Source of the DNA: Chrysomallon squamiferum
Lineage: Eukaryota; Animalia; Mollusca
Assembly (NCBI GenBank): GCA_012295275.1
Contig: CM022672.1
Span: 21,390,001-21,454,000 of the forward strand
Length of the DNA: 64,000 nt
Direction of reading: 5' to 3'
The position numbers and the translations under genes were made by a program. How positions within the stretch are numbered: position 1 is the first letter of the stretch; every line of letters starts with the position of its first letter. Below are positions 40,012 through 54,139 of this stretch, in pieces. The notes beneath the pieces were generated by a model. The model saw only the letters and a list, made by a program, of their open reading frames with translations. It made no database searches and was not told where the DNA came from.

Positions 40012-40070
40012 AATAAATTGTAAAAATACTGAAATAAATTAAACTTTTGTGATCATTTTGTTTGTTCTTA
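40012..40070 (+). terminator. Likely poly(A) signal region of the RING gene
   Basis: AATAAA at 40012 and 40033 followed by a GT/T-rich element (ttttgtgatcattttgtttgttctt). More proximal AATAAA copies at 39426-39516 are alternatives. Confidence 0.4.
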
Positions 40071-40077
40071 TTTGGAT

Positions 40078-40115
<38 letters not shown>

Positions 40116-40898
40116 TTTTAACATACACTAACAGCTATTTTAAAATACTAAATACAATTGAATTATTTATTGTTTTCCAACAGCCATGACTAGTCTAGTT
40201 ACCAGAGAAAGCCAAGAGAAAAAAAAAAATGATCTGCATCTTGCTTCACATTGTCTGCCCTGGGGTTTATTACTGCATCTCATCTAGCACATACAGCTTA
40301 TTATGCTGGTGCTATTGTTGTCAAAGACAAAAAGCTTACAGAGAATATCCTTGATGATTAGTTTTACTTGCATGCACAGAGATTAATTGGACTCTTCTGG
40401 AGTTTCTGTTACATCTGCTGCTTTAACAAAAAGAAAAAAAAAAGTCATTTTTAGGAATTTACTTTATTGGTAATTTGTCCAGTGTTGTTGGGATATTATT
40501 TATTTTTTTACTTTAGAGCTGGAATAGTCACCTCCATGAACTTGTCAGTGCATCTGATTCATAAACTATCTCACGTTTGACAGTCTGCTATAATTAAATA
40601 CAACTACATATTGATTATTTACTGTGAAAGTCAGAACAATGTAAGTTCATCAGAAAATATATTCTTTTAAAAGAATGAGATAATAAAGGAAAATGGATTT
40701 TTCTTCATCAGTAATTAAGATGTTGATGATAGATTTCCTTGAATATAAAGAATATAGTTGATATAATAGTAATATTTTTAAATTAACATAAATTAGGCCA
40801 ACAACTTTTACCTCTACTCTTTGTTTTGTGACAGTATTTCCAAGTGTTTTGTTTAAATTTTCAGTATTTATTTCTTCTTTATTTATATTCAAGATACT

Positions 40899-40964
40899 TT
40901 GTGTTACACATGTGGCAAACAGCTGTTGTCCCTCATATCAAAATATCTATATTTGAAACTCTAG
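40899..40964 (+). pseudogene. Decayed partial copy of the RING-coding exon of the upstream E3 gene
   Basis: TTG TGT TAC ACA TGT GGC AAA CAG CTG TTG TCC CTC ATA TCA AAA TAT CTA (LCYTCGKQLLSLISKYL) aligns without gaps to GTG TGT TAT GCA TGT GGC AAA CAT CTT TTG TCT CTT CAG TCA AAA TGT CCA (VCYACGKHLLSLQSKCP) at about 39279-39329. The last Cys pair is lost and a TAG follows. Confidence 0.75.
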
Positions 40965-41098
40965 TTTGTGAAAATAGTTGACTTTAATTTCTTTGTCAAT
41001 ATCAATGTTACGAAGTTTAGAGAAAAAAAAAAAAAAATGCCAATTTATTTATGTTTATCTCTGACAACCTTCACAGGATTTCTTAGAAGGTTTATTTT

Positions 41099-41130
<32 letters not shown>

Positions 41131-41581
41131 TGCACACACACATCACACACACACACATACACATCATATTTTGTATTTAGAGGTAATTCTACATAAGAAA
41201 ACTTCTTTTATAATTATAAAAATAAAAACTCAAAACAATACAAAGTTCTGTGCCACTAGAAGCATCATTTATTCATGGTGAAACATTTAAAAGTTTTACA
41301 AACAAAAAAAAAAACTGTTCACTGCAGAAACCCAACCAGAAAACAGCAAAACACAGACGACTAATGAAAATGAGATAGTTGTGTTGTCTCTGTATTTAAA
41401 TACATACACAGCATATTAACAAATGTATTTACACATACCATGTTCAGTCAAAATATAAACTATTGAGTAACAATAACAATTGAATATGTACACTGAATTT
41501 GTTATATCACTTTGGATATTGATACAACCAGAATAGGTACATAGTGTTCAGATAACAAGTATTACTAATGTAGATACATAT

Positions 41582-41623
<42 letters not shown>

Positions 41624-42411
41624 TGCCATTTTTAAATTCCTGATAGCATTGTATAAATTCTGTATGATATGGCCAAGATTTCTGAACATGTTAAATAAAA
41701 TAGCACAAAGTAATGTAGCACTAATCAAAGAAAAATAATAATGCATATCAATCTGCTGGTGTTATAAAATAATTTTGTTTTTTCAGCTGTGGCTATCCAA
41801 CCTGGCTCACCAAGACACCAATACAATGATAATGATTATGATGTTGGTAACGTGAAAAACATAAAACTGGAAGAATAAAAAAGAAAAGCTTTAACAGGTC
41901 TTGGATGAAAGACTCAGCCAACTTAAAATGTGCCTTTAGATACTAAAGATACTGTGTAAGTGATGTATAAATAATTTTTGAAATGTGAAAATAAAATTTG
42001 ATCAAAAATAAAAACAAAGAGTTTTGAAAAGAGAAAAGAAATATTACCCAATAAATTTTTGGTTTAAAAACAAATATATTGATTAATTTATGCACAAAGA
42101 AACAGATGACGGCACATTTCAATGTTTAATTACTTCTTTTTTATAATCAACAATAGGTGAAAGTTGACAGGAATTTAAATAAATCTAAATATCTGAAAGT
42201 TTTGGTTACAAAAATATGTGTAAAGTGAGATATAGAAAAAATTACCATACAGCATCTACACAAGTTTCTCAGTTTCAAATGCATCTATTTGTTACTACTG
42301 CAGAATCTTCCATAAGAGGAACAAAAAATTACTTCACTTGATTGAAGATTAAAAAAAAAAAAAAAAAAGAAAGAAAGAAAGAAAGAAAAAAAAAAAATGA
42401 ATAATGGATGT

Positions 42412-42449
<38 letters not shown>

Positions 42450-44719
42450 CCAATCATACAATCTTACATCAGGGTTATTTAAATCACAATTTTGTTTAGG
42501 CATTGTTTTCGTTGTCCTCAGGTTGGAATTTTCATCTGTCATTTACATTAACAGTTTTAACCAGCAACAAAAAGATTTGAAAAAAAAAAAGGAAATTCAG
42601 TCCTTCTGCCAACCATTCACCCACACTCTAAATCAAATAAACTTTCTGCAATTGGAAAAAGTTCAAAAATTATTTTTTGACAATGCAAGTGCTAGTTTGG
42701 AGTGATATAAAATTGAGTAATTTAAACATATAAATTATATTTATTTTGTGATTTTGTTTCATTTTTCATTTGATTTGTTTTGATTTAATTTTAATTTTAT
42801 TTGTTGGCATTTAATACCATTGATCCAGGAATAACACTGTCTCATTACAGTAATCTTTTCAGTTATGGGACTGTATTTATTTTAAAATATCTTTTATTAT
42901 TTCTGTTTCTTCTTTTTTTCCTTTCTTCAGATATACTTTATTTCATTTCATTTCATTTCATTTCAACTGCTTGCATTGTTTGCCCTGTTCCATAAACAAT
43001 AATCCAATAAAAAAAACCTTGACATTTTTCACTCCACAAAACAATAACCAATTGCTTTCACTGATAGCACATCCTTTACAAGTCCACCATTTTGACCAGT
43101 AAAATCCATTATGACAACACAAAAACAATGAGGGAAAACAATCTTTGTTACAACCAACCATTATCAAAGGACACTTGCAGACCCATAAGGACACTTCAAT
43201 TTTCACATACCTTAACAACATTTTTTTCATTCTTCTTCATATATCATCTGATCTCTAAAGATGAACATGAAGACTACTCCTCATATTAATTCTCGTTTTC
43301 AACAAGCTGTGCATTTATTTCAAGGCCATTTCAGTACAGGCATATTTAAATGGTTATTGTTAACAACAAGTGAATGCCAGTGTTAAATAATAAATCAAAT
43401 AATCACGTAATGTAATACTTCACATTGATAAAACGCAATTATATATTAAAGAAAAAGAGAGACAATTTCAAATACATCAGTAATTATGTTTAATTTATCT
43501 GCCAATAACTGAAAACATTCCAAGGTTTTTAAATAAAAGCATTACATTTTCAGTTAAATGAATCTGTAATGTTTTATTTAATAACAATTTTTTAATATTT
43601 ATTTATTTAAAATCTTCATTAATGCTTGATCCAGCATTAAGTATAATTTTTTTTTTAGAATTAATCAAGTATTTTTTTCTTTCTAAGAAATTTTACATTT
43701 TCATTTACTTTGAAGTCTTCAGTATTTGCTTAAACTGAAACAGTAAAAGAAATTTGTATATGAAGAAAACAAACCTAACAAAATGATAATGAAATATATT
43801 TTAAATGTAAAGTGTTGTAGTTAAACAGAGACAGCACATTATTTCAGCCTTTATTCAGATTACAAACTTTTCCATACTTTTAGAATATCAATATTGTTAA
43901 TTCTCATTAAGGTAACAACTTTTCATAATAATCTACCAAAAGTTCAGAATTAGACAAATTTTATTATTATAATGAATTGTCATACACCAAATATGTCACA
44001 AAAAATAACAAACAAAAAAAGGAAAATTTAACTGCTATTTTAATTATTTAATTACATATAATTTAAAACTCCAGTTTAAATTTATATGCCTTACATTAAT
44101 CTACATTTTAACAACATTATTATTATAATTTATTTATATTTTATATTATGATTTATTAATATTATGTCTTTCAAATAAATAATTTTTGTTCATTCAATGC
44201 CCTATGAAATTATCTCTTATGATGCTACAAAAATGTACATTTTGTATGTATATTTTTACTTTCTTTTTTCGTTTCTAAAATCAATACATTTATGACATCA
44301 CTGCGCAGTTTTTCTTCAGCCTTAGCAGGAGAGAGAGAGATATTGTTTATATGTTTGTCACATATAATTACATAATAAGGATAATTACAAGCCAGCAATG
44401 AAAAATGGACCTAGCAGTAATCACTTTCAAAACTGTAATTTTGTCTGTGATGCTTGAACAAGATAAAAATAAAACAGAATTATCAAGCATTACAAATGCC
44501 TATCAAAATGAGCACAAACATTATTCAGTTTGATGTTGAAAGTGATTTGTCACAAAAATTACAAATTTAGTTGACCAAAGAATGTGTGATATGTGATGCA
44601 TGTTACATATTATCTTAATTTATGTGCTCATTTCATGCTCCTTCATCTTAGCAAACTTGTTTTTAATGAAATGCAAAATAAACAAACACAAAAAAAAAAA
44701 AAAAATAAAAAAATAAAAA

Positions 44720-45160
44720 ATACTGCACTTCCTATTATATTATCTAAACTTTTAATAACATGTCCAAAATAATCACTGACTATTCATTTATATTATCTAA
44801 TCTTTTACATATGCCTAAGAAAAATGATTGCCTCTTGTTTTATATTATTTAAAGTTTAGAAAACATGAAAAAAGCATTCATTTCATCTTCTTTTATATTA
44901 CTTTTAATAATATGCAAAAGCAACCATTTTATTTACTTTCATATCAGTGAAAATTTTAATATGCAAAAAAAAAAATAAAAAGCATCGCAGTCTATAGCAT
45001 TATCAAAATATTTATGTTTATTTATGCATTCATAATATCTATGCTTTCAATAACAAGCTCAAGACTATCACTGCATGATCTTCCATTTAAATTTTTTATT
45101 AATAAGTGCAAAACCTTTTATTTCTTCTTTTCCTTTCATTCTAAAATATTTAAATAAAAT
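44720..45160. repeat. Degenerate minisatellite, period about 50-55 bp
   Basis: Recurring tatattatcta/aacttttaataa/atgcaaaa units at about 44735, 44790, 44841, 44894, 44940 and 44995. Confidence 0.6.
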
Positions 45161-45685
45161 TATTTTACAATCCCTTTGCAGCATGTTAGATTGGCACTAT
45201 AAGCATCTAGATCCAAAGTTTTTAACTAGCTTCATTCTGAATTAAATAGATTGTAATTTAAGGAACACATTATTCCATTTCAAGAACAGACTACTAATTT
45301 AACAATTAGTAAATCAAATTAATTGTTTTTTACATTATATGTATACTAGTGACACCTTTATTCATTTACAATAGAGATCAAAATAATATTTTTATATATT
45401 GATATATCTAAAGATTTTAGCCTTTACATTTCAAATGTTATGTTAGACAATTAAAATCTGAATACTGAAATAGTTTTTCTTTTTAAAATTATTTATTTAT
45501 TGTTTTTTGTTATTCATTATAACTTTAGATTTGGTGCAAATTTCTATGGCTATAGTCAAAAAAATAAAGAGTGAACTAACAATAAAAACAAAATGGAATG
45601 AGATGAAATAAATTAGTAACTGCAGATGTAATAATACATTTTTTTTTTTAATAATAATAATGAAATTTAAAAGCCTATTAATAAC

Positions 45686-45718
<33 letters not shown>

Positions 45719-47919
45719 TTAATAACATAGTAATAACAAACCATGTGATGGTGCTTAGTTATATAAACATTTAAGAAATTAAAATATATATCACCCTTAT
45801 TAGATGGAGATGTTTATTTAGCAATAAAGATCTATATAAATATATTTAAGATTTTAATTTTAATTTTATATTTAAAAAAAAAAATAGAAAAAAAAGAAGA
45901 TAAAAGAAAGAAATTAAACTTTAATCTTGAATTTAAAAAAAATGTTTTTTAATGTAATGAACTATGTTGAGGTAGGTTATGTTAAAACCAGGTGAATTTA
46001 ACCAACCTAATAGCACCTGTAAGCTGCTCTCAAAACATAAAATTAAAAGAAAAGAACCTGAAGGAAAAGATAAATTAAAAGAAAAACAAACAAACAAAAA
46101 CAAAAATTTAAAAAAAAAGCCTTTATAAATAGCCCCAAAAAAGTCCAACAGACAAGTAATGATAAAAAAATTCCGCTTAAGTAATGTTTTACAAATACAG
46201 TGTCCTGAATTATTTAGTTACCTGAGAATTCTTAAGTTGCAAATTGCTTTAATACTCAGAAGAAGAATAAAAGAAAAAATATGTGGTGAAATTCACTTCA
46301 ATCAAATCATTTTATATTCATGAAGTTTCATAAATTCTCTTCTTGGAAATTTAAATCACCACCCTGTTATTAATGAAGGTTAGAATTTATGAATAGGTTT
46401 AGTAATTTATTTATTTATAAAAAAATTTTTATATACAATGTGTGTGTGTGTCTGTATGTCTGTGTGTGTAATAAATGATTTCAATGTTAGTTTCAAAAAA
46501 AATAAAAAAAACAAAAAGATTTCCTTTAACAGTAAACCATCCATAACACAAAAATAATATATATTTGGTCTGCCCAATTTAAATAAACTTCAATGGTTTT
46601 TGTTAAATTTGTCTAAATCAAAGACTACTCAACTTAAAATAAAGGACTTTATAATTGTTCTTTTTTATATTGTACTACTGACTGCACTGGTATTCAATTC
46701 CAATCCTAAAATATTTTATTTATTAACAATTTGGTTAAATAACATGTGATAAGGGGCTTTTATACATTTTGCATTCTCTTAAGTGATTACATCATTTGTT
46801 ATCAGAAACCCCAACCTTTTGCTGATAATTTAGCAACAGAAGATATGCAACATGTCAATAAGAATGCACAGAGCTGCCATTTTCTCATCGTCTTTTTTTG
46901 TTCATAGAAAAACAAAAATACGAAACAGACTGTCAGAACAGTAATTTGGCAAGATTTAGTTATGCCAAAGCTAAACAAGCAAATTATAAGTAAAGTTGTT
47001 TTAACTATAAATATCAGTTCCATTATACATTTCTAAATATAAAGTGGCGTCTTAAAATAATGGAAAATGGCTGCCTCTGTATTTTTCTTCGGGGCCGTTA
47101 TTATATTGTCATACTTCATCAATAACAAATGTTTGTAGCCACTCTTATGTCTACAAAATAGTTTGGAATTTGCATATAGGCTACTTGTACACACAATCAC
47201 AAGCATTACTATTTTAAAACATCAACTTCACAATTTTAAAGACTACAGTAAAATTATAAGACATAAAACAAAAATCAGTACGGCATGTTCAATTACATTA
47301 GCTAAACATTTAATAATATTCCAAAAACAATCCAAATATTCAGAATTTAAAACAAAAAGTTCTCCCTTCATGGTCAGCATCTATTTTCATTAAATATTAT
47401 TTCCCTTTAAACCTTTTGAGTGTTTTGCCCTTAGAAACTATTGTCAGAACAAACTACCAACTATTTTAAGGTAATTTATAACATTATTAACATGTATTTG
47501 TTTTCAATTTCCATGATTAACATAAACCTTTTCAAATTCTATATACGAAGTCAGACAGCTTATTTTTAGTTCTTTATATTCAGAAATTTCAGCCTCTTTA
47601 AAATAAAAATTAAGGCTTAAATGCTGGTAACTTGTAAGTTACTGTAAGCATTATTACTGTTGTTGCTGTTGTCACTGTAGTTGTTATTATTATTATTATT
47701 ATTTATTACTATTGTAAAATTAAACTATTATAAAAAAAACCTCAAACTCTCAATAATTTAAACTTGTCAGTACTGTATAGGCATAAATAAAATAGCCATG
47801 CTAGACAATGGCATTTGAAGGTCTTAGATAACAAAAATGGACAGCAAGGTAAATTGGAAAGTTATCTAGGATAAATACACTGAAAAGAAATATTACAACC
47901 AAAAAGTAGTAGTAGTGGC

Positions 47920-47981
<62 letters not shown>

Positions 47982-49636
47982 CAATAATAATAATTTACGT
48001 ATTAACAAACAATAAAATTATTAAACATTCATAATTTTTCTGCCTGTTAGAATGTACATTTTTCAAAATAAATGACTAAAACCCAGAATAATGCTAAGCC
48101 AGAATTTCACCTTACAGCACCCATAGGCCCATAAAATGAGACCAAACCCACCCCCACCCCCCAAAAAAAACTACCTCTCCTTAAATCCTCTGTATCCACA
48201 ACAGTGGTACTATTAAAGTTCTGTCATTGTTCAAAAATATATCTGGATACTAATCATCACCATATTCCATAGAGCATTTTTCATACCAAAATTCTTACAG
48301 ACCTCTCAAATCTCTCATAAGTCTGATTTATCTATTCTCGTTCTACATATAGCACAAAAACAATATATTACAGTAAAGGAAAAAAAAAGGAAAAACAAAA
48401 AGAAGAGGAAAAACCAGAATCACAACCTTGGCAAAAACATTACCAGTTCACAAATAAACAAAGAAAGAACAACTTCTGTTAATTTTTAGTTAATTTTTTT
48501 TTTTTTTTTTTTTTTCTTTTTTTGGTTATTGTTGTTGCTTTCACCACATTATGTACAGAAAAGTTATAACCTCCTCAAAAAAAAAAAAAATTCAATACTT
48601 ATTTAAAGGGAAGAAAAAAATATTTGTGGATATAACACATTATTATAATCTTTTAGCACAAAATCTTACTGGCTATTGGTATTAAAATATTACAAAACAG
48701 TACAGTTAATTCACATTTAGATACCGGTAGAACAATAGCCTATTTGAGTATGTTTGTTATCGATATACATGCTTGTGTAAGGAATGAAAATGAATGGCAA
48801 ATAACTATAAATAATCTAATTTATGAATTCAAGGATTTAAAAAACAAAATGAAAAATTGAAATTTATATATATATATATATATAAACCAGCTAGCTTCAA
48901 AAAGGAGGCGGATACTAAATTCCACCACAGATTGGAAATAACAGTCACACCGGTAGACTACATTGTTAAGTGGTAAAACAAACATGTTCGCATGGTATAT
49001 TTTCAAAAATATCTTCTTTTCTCATCACACCAGATTAAGTGAGCAACTCTCATAATATGTACACAGATATATACTAATACACTCATTTATATATATATAT
49101 ATATTTATATTACATACACATTTTGCTACAAAACATATAATAAATTTATTAACATTTGAGGACTGGAAGAAAAAACACAATCTTTAACTAGTGTGTCAAT
49201 ACTTTTACCATAGCAATAAAATATAACAACACAGGAATAAATTCATAAAACAAAAATATTAATCATTATAAACATTAATATTTGTGTGTATGCATGTCCT
49301 GTGACAAGAGTTTTGCATTTATGAACTTCTATTATTAGAAGATGTCCTTATGCACATGTATGTGTGTATGTGTTTTTGATCAATATAATTATAAGCATTT
49401 CATTGAATAAATGCACATTAGTCAAATCTGATGTATTTATGTATGTGATGTATTAAAACTTTCACATGTATATATATGTGTGTGTTCTATCATTTCAAAG
49501 ATAACACTTGCAAGCATTTCTCAACATCTCTCTAAAAAAGCTGTATGTTTTGAGGAAAGTGCTATTCAAATATTATATAAACAATTTTCTAAAATTAATA
49601 AAACATTTACATACATATATACATGTACAGTTAAGA

Positions 49637-49668
<32 letters not shown>

Positions 49669-50654
49669 GAAACATGTACAGCTGTCTGTGCACGTATTCA
49701 TTAACAACTTTACTTAACAGTGTGAACACAATATAAACAAAGTATAAAAAATCAAAAAGAATCAGCACTTGGTAAAACTATAATTAGTTAAACAAAACTT
49801 TGTCAGTTTTTATAGCTCCAGAATCAGCAGCTATATTATATCAAAAACATTATTCTTTATAGTGATGTTACTATTATTACTGTTATTATTAATATAATAA
49901 ACATAACATAATAGATGTAACAATAATAAACAAATAAAAATATAGAAAAACATGTCCCAAGTTATGTCCCACATATTCATTTTTAAAATAACAATAATTA
50001 AAAATAAATTTTAAAATTAAAAGTAACTGATTTTGATTACTTTGAAATTAATACTTACATAATATTTTGTGATCAAGAACACATTTTTAAAGTCTCCAGA
50101 CTGTTATAATTCAGAATTAAAAGCAAATTTAAAATATACTTTTAAAATGAAAAAGCCAATTTAAAAAGTAACCTACATACATTTTTTAATTTTAGAAATA
50201 TACATATATATATATTTGGAAACTTCAAGTTGCTATGACTGATGAAATTCCAACAATCCACTGTTTTGGCAAACACAAATGAATAAATATAATGTACAAT
50301 TTAATTTAAATCTATGGCACTGGATGTAAATAAATAAGGTTATCTCTAACAAACAAGAATATATAACAGTAAAGAAACACTTGGAAATGTTTCAAACAGC
50401 ACTATCTAATATTAGCTCTTTTTAATTTACTCGAAAATAAATTCCAGTACTTAAAATAACAAATTTCAACATAACAGAAATAATATGAATTTAACAGGAA
50501 ACAAACAAAAAAAAACAAGATAAAAAAAAAAGCACCAAAAAAAAAAAAAGATACTCAACTATATATATATATATATATAAACTTATTTTTTTTATGAAAG
50601 TAGAATAAAGTTCATAATTATATACATCTCACCAAGCCTCAAGGCCTATAGGAC

Positions 50655-50945
50655 TCTAAGGCTCAATCTGGCATACACGGTTAAATGGGCTGTAAGATCC
50701 ATCCTTCTCAGTGCACCTATCTGGCCCTTTTCCAATTCCAGTCAGTAGCTGAAGACTTACTTATTACACTGATATATGCTGCCTATGGTAAGGTGAATAT
50801 GAAATACCTTTTGTTGCTAATCGAAAGGCATAGCCCATTGTGTGATGGCAGCAGGTTTCTATTTTCACATAATCATTAAAGAAGTAATGCATATCTGATA
50901 CCGAATAATTTTGTTAATATGTGTTATTAGTATTCTTAACAGACA
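50655..50945 (+). mobile_element. Decayed tRNA-derived SINE-like repeat
   Basis: GC-richer island with a degenerate A-box-like head (ggctcaatctggca). Its core ccttttgttgctaatcgaaaggcatagcccattgtgtgatggcagcaggtttc recurs at 60655-60710. It resembles an abundant gastropod SINE as recalled, not searched. Confidence 0.6.
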
Positions 50946-51849
50946 GGTCTGGCACATAGTATTTCCCTTCATTATATTGTGTGAATGTTAGATTTTAATG
51001 CCACTAGTATTACAATTAGGATACAGAACTTTATAATTATATAAAACATCACTCTGCAACTGGTCACGTAATAAGTATTCTTTACTAAATAAAATTTAAA
51101 ATATTTTTTATTTACCATTTGTAAATGAAGGAAACTGAAAAGCAATTGTCAGTGATAACAATAACTTTTTAATTAATCTGATGCTGACTGGATAATACAT
51201 ATGCATATTCATATTATGTTAAAACTGATAGAGAATATATTATCAATTTCTTAAGATTAAATTCATATTTTTTATAATTTCAATTTGTTATGTTTAAATA
51301 CATAAATAATAATTAAGAAACAAAATAAGACAAAAGTATTTAGAATGTACTGCATTAATTTCATCAATTAAAAGTTAAATGAATGTAGTCTTAACATTAT
51401 TTAAATGTACAGAAAACAATGTCTGAGATCATTTTAATAAACCCTGATGCATGTTGAAAATTATTTTTTTAAACACATTTAAACTTTTAATATTAATTCC
51501 AGAACATGACAAAAATATTTATATTCTTTTAATGATAGCTGCACAACTTTCTGAACAAGTACTATCCTGAAATGTTTTTATTTTATCTTCTTATACAAAT
51601 AGAATTTTGTGTGTGTATGTATTTTACATGTGTTAATTAAATATTCATATACATATAATATTGTTGTTGTTGATGATGATAATATACTCATTTCATATTC
51701 TTAAAATGACAAGAAATGAAAACAAATAATAACAATAATAATTATTATTATTATACAGAAGAAAAAAATAAAATGGAGTTAAACAGTTAAATAAACACAG
51801 ATAACAAAACAAGTAGCCCTAATGAAAATGCTTACAGACAGAGACTGTA

Positions 51850-54080
51850 TTAACTCATATTAAACACTTCCTTTAACAATGGATCTAGTTTTCCAATATC
51901 CAGCTTCGATGCTATCATTGCACTCTCTTCACCGAGGGATCTCACATCACGAAGCATCAGCAGCAGCTTTGGATACAGCTGCCGTGCCTCACATATGGAA
52001 TTCACTGACTCCAGGTACGCTTTGAGCCACATGGAATACTTCTCCTGACCACGAGAGACCATCTCTTTGTCCACTAGTCCAGGCCGGTCTGGTGAGAAAA
52101 GTTCAATGACAAACAGTAGCATCATGATTATTCTGTCACTCTTGGTGATTTCACGCAAGCTTTTCACGAAATGCATATGTTTCAAGTACATGTCCTTGCT
52201 TATTGACTTCTTTATCATGTCAGGATCCAGACTGTTCTTCTGTCCATCCATTGTCTTGTATTTCCACTGCTGCTTGTTGTCATCGAAACCCATTGCTGAT
52301 CTCAGAACAAAAATCTCCATGATACCACCCTGGTTTCAAATGAAAGGAGGATATTAACAAATATGATTGTTTCAGGTAATGACAATCCATACAATGCTTG
52401 CAGTGTTTCATACAAATTTAAAGAAAAAACCCCAAAATTGACTTGAATGATTCAAATTAACACAAGACATATATGAAATTAAGAAAACTACTGTAAGGAA
52501 ACTCGACTGGTTCTTAATGTCAAACAGAAGATATTCATTTATAAAAAGGTAATGATATATAAATATTTCAATAGTTCACTGCATCAGTAACATTAACAAA
52601 ACTGAATGGTTTATGGTATCTGAAAACCAAATAGTTCTTTGCATATAATTACACACTTTAAAAACTGAAAGTATCTAAAAGACAGATATATGAAATTAAA
52701 ACTACTGAATGGTTCAAGGTATCTGAAAAAAAGTTGTATAACATTAAAAAAAATAATAATAATAAAAAAAAATTTCATTGGTCCATCTAAATCAAAGGTA
52801 ATATTAAAAACTGAATGGTTTATAATATCTGAGAAAGATGATTTTTAATTAAGATAATTTTTCAGATCTGACAAAGACTTAATATGACAATTAAACACCA
52901 AAGGATTCCTGATGATAAGAAAACAAATTAAATGAGTATTAGTGTCCTAAAACAGAGACATATAATGACAATAACAAGCAAAAGTAATAATGCAAAGTCA
53001 TTTAAAATGTTATACTTACATATACCAGTAAAGTAAGGTTTCTAAAATGACTCCAAGTCATTATCAGTGATTCAGTATTTTATGACGTTGCTTCTCACTG
53101 TTAAAAATGATGCAATAGGAAGCTCAGAAGTCCTACAACTACTACTTGGAAGTCATAGTACGAGTACAGTCATTTGTCACACAACTGATCATGCACACAC
53201 TGAATGGAGAATGGACTGTATACATCAACCAGGAATAACTACACAACTTACTTACACACCTCCCAAGTACACTCACCTTTAACAAGCTGATTTGATCCTC
53301 CTGGGTTAGCATTTTAAATTCCGGCAAGAGTTTGGACCACCTGATCAACCGTCGTATAAAAATATCTGTCAGATTGAACAGCTCAGTTGTCGATTTATCT
53401 TCTGCTGTCAGTTTGCTGATCTGAGTATTGCTGTATGGAGCATCAAAAATTGTATTGTACACCTCCTTCATGTGTTCTATATTAGACCGCATCTCATCTG
53501 ACATCGGATTGGGATAGTTATCATCATTTTGCTCCACCTTGGTGAAAACTAAACTAGGAGATGAAGATAAGTTTGAGCTAGATGGACTGGAATGGTCGTC
53601 AGAGTTGTAGTTTGTGGTCACTTCGTTTGAGCTAGTCTGAGAACATGATACGACCTGAGGGTAGACATCTTGTCCACTGAGTGACCGATACTTGCGTCTT
53701 TCTCGTCGCTTTGACAGCTGTTCGTCACCTGTTTGTTTTAAGAAGAAAAATGTGTCATTAAGAAATAAATGGTTTATATTATAAACTTTATAATATCTAA
53801 AAGAAAAGGTATGACTAAGTGAAAAGTCATAAATTTACAAGAAACATAACTTTCTAATTTTTGTATTATCTGAATACTGATAACGGCAACATAACAGACG
53901 TTTTGACCAACTATCCATTCCTGTAAAGTGACAATAATTTGTTTGTTTGTTTGTTTTATTATCATTATATAAAACCAGCTGTGTGAAAGCTAATTACAAA
54001 TGTTCTGAGAAGTGATTAAGTTCTTCTTTGTTTTTCTAATTTCACCTTCATTTTATTTCATTTCATTTCATTTCATTTGT

Positions 54081-54139
<59 letters not shown>

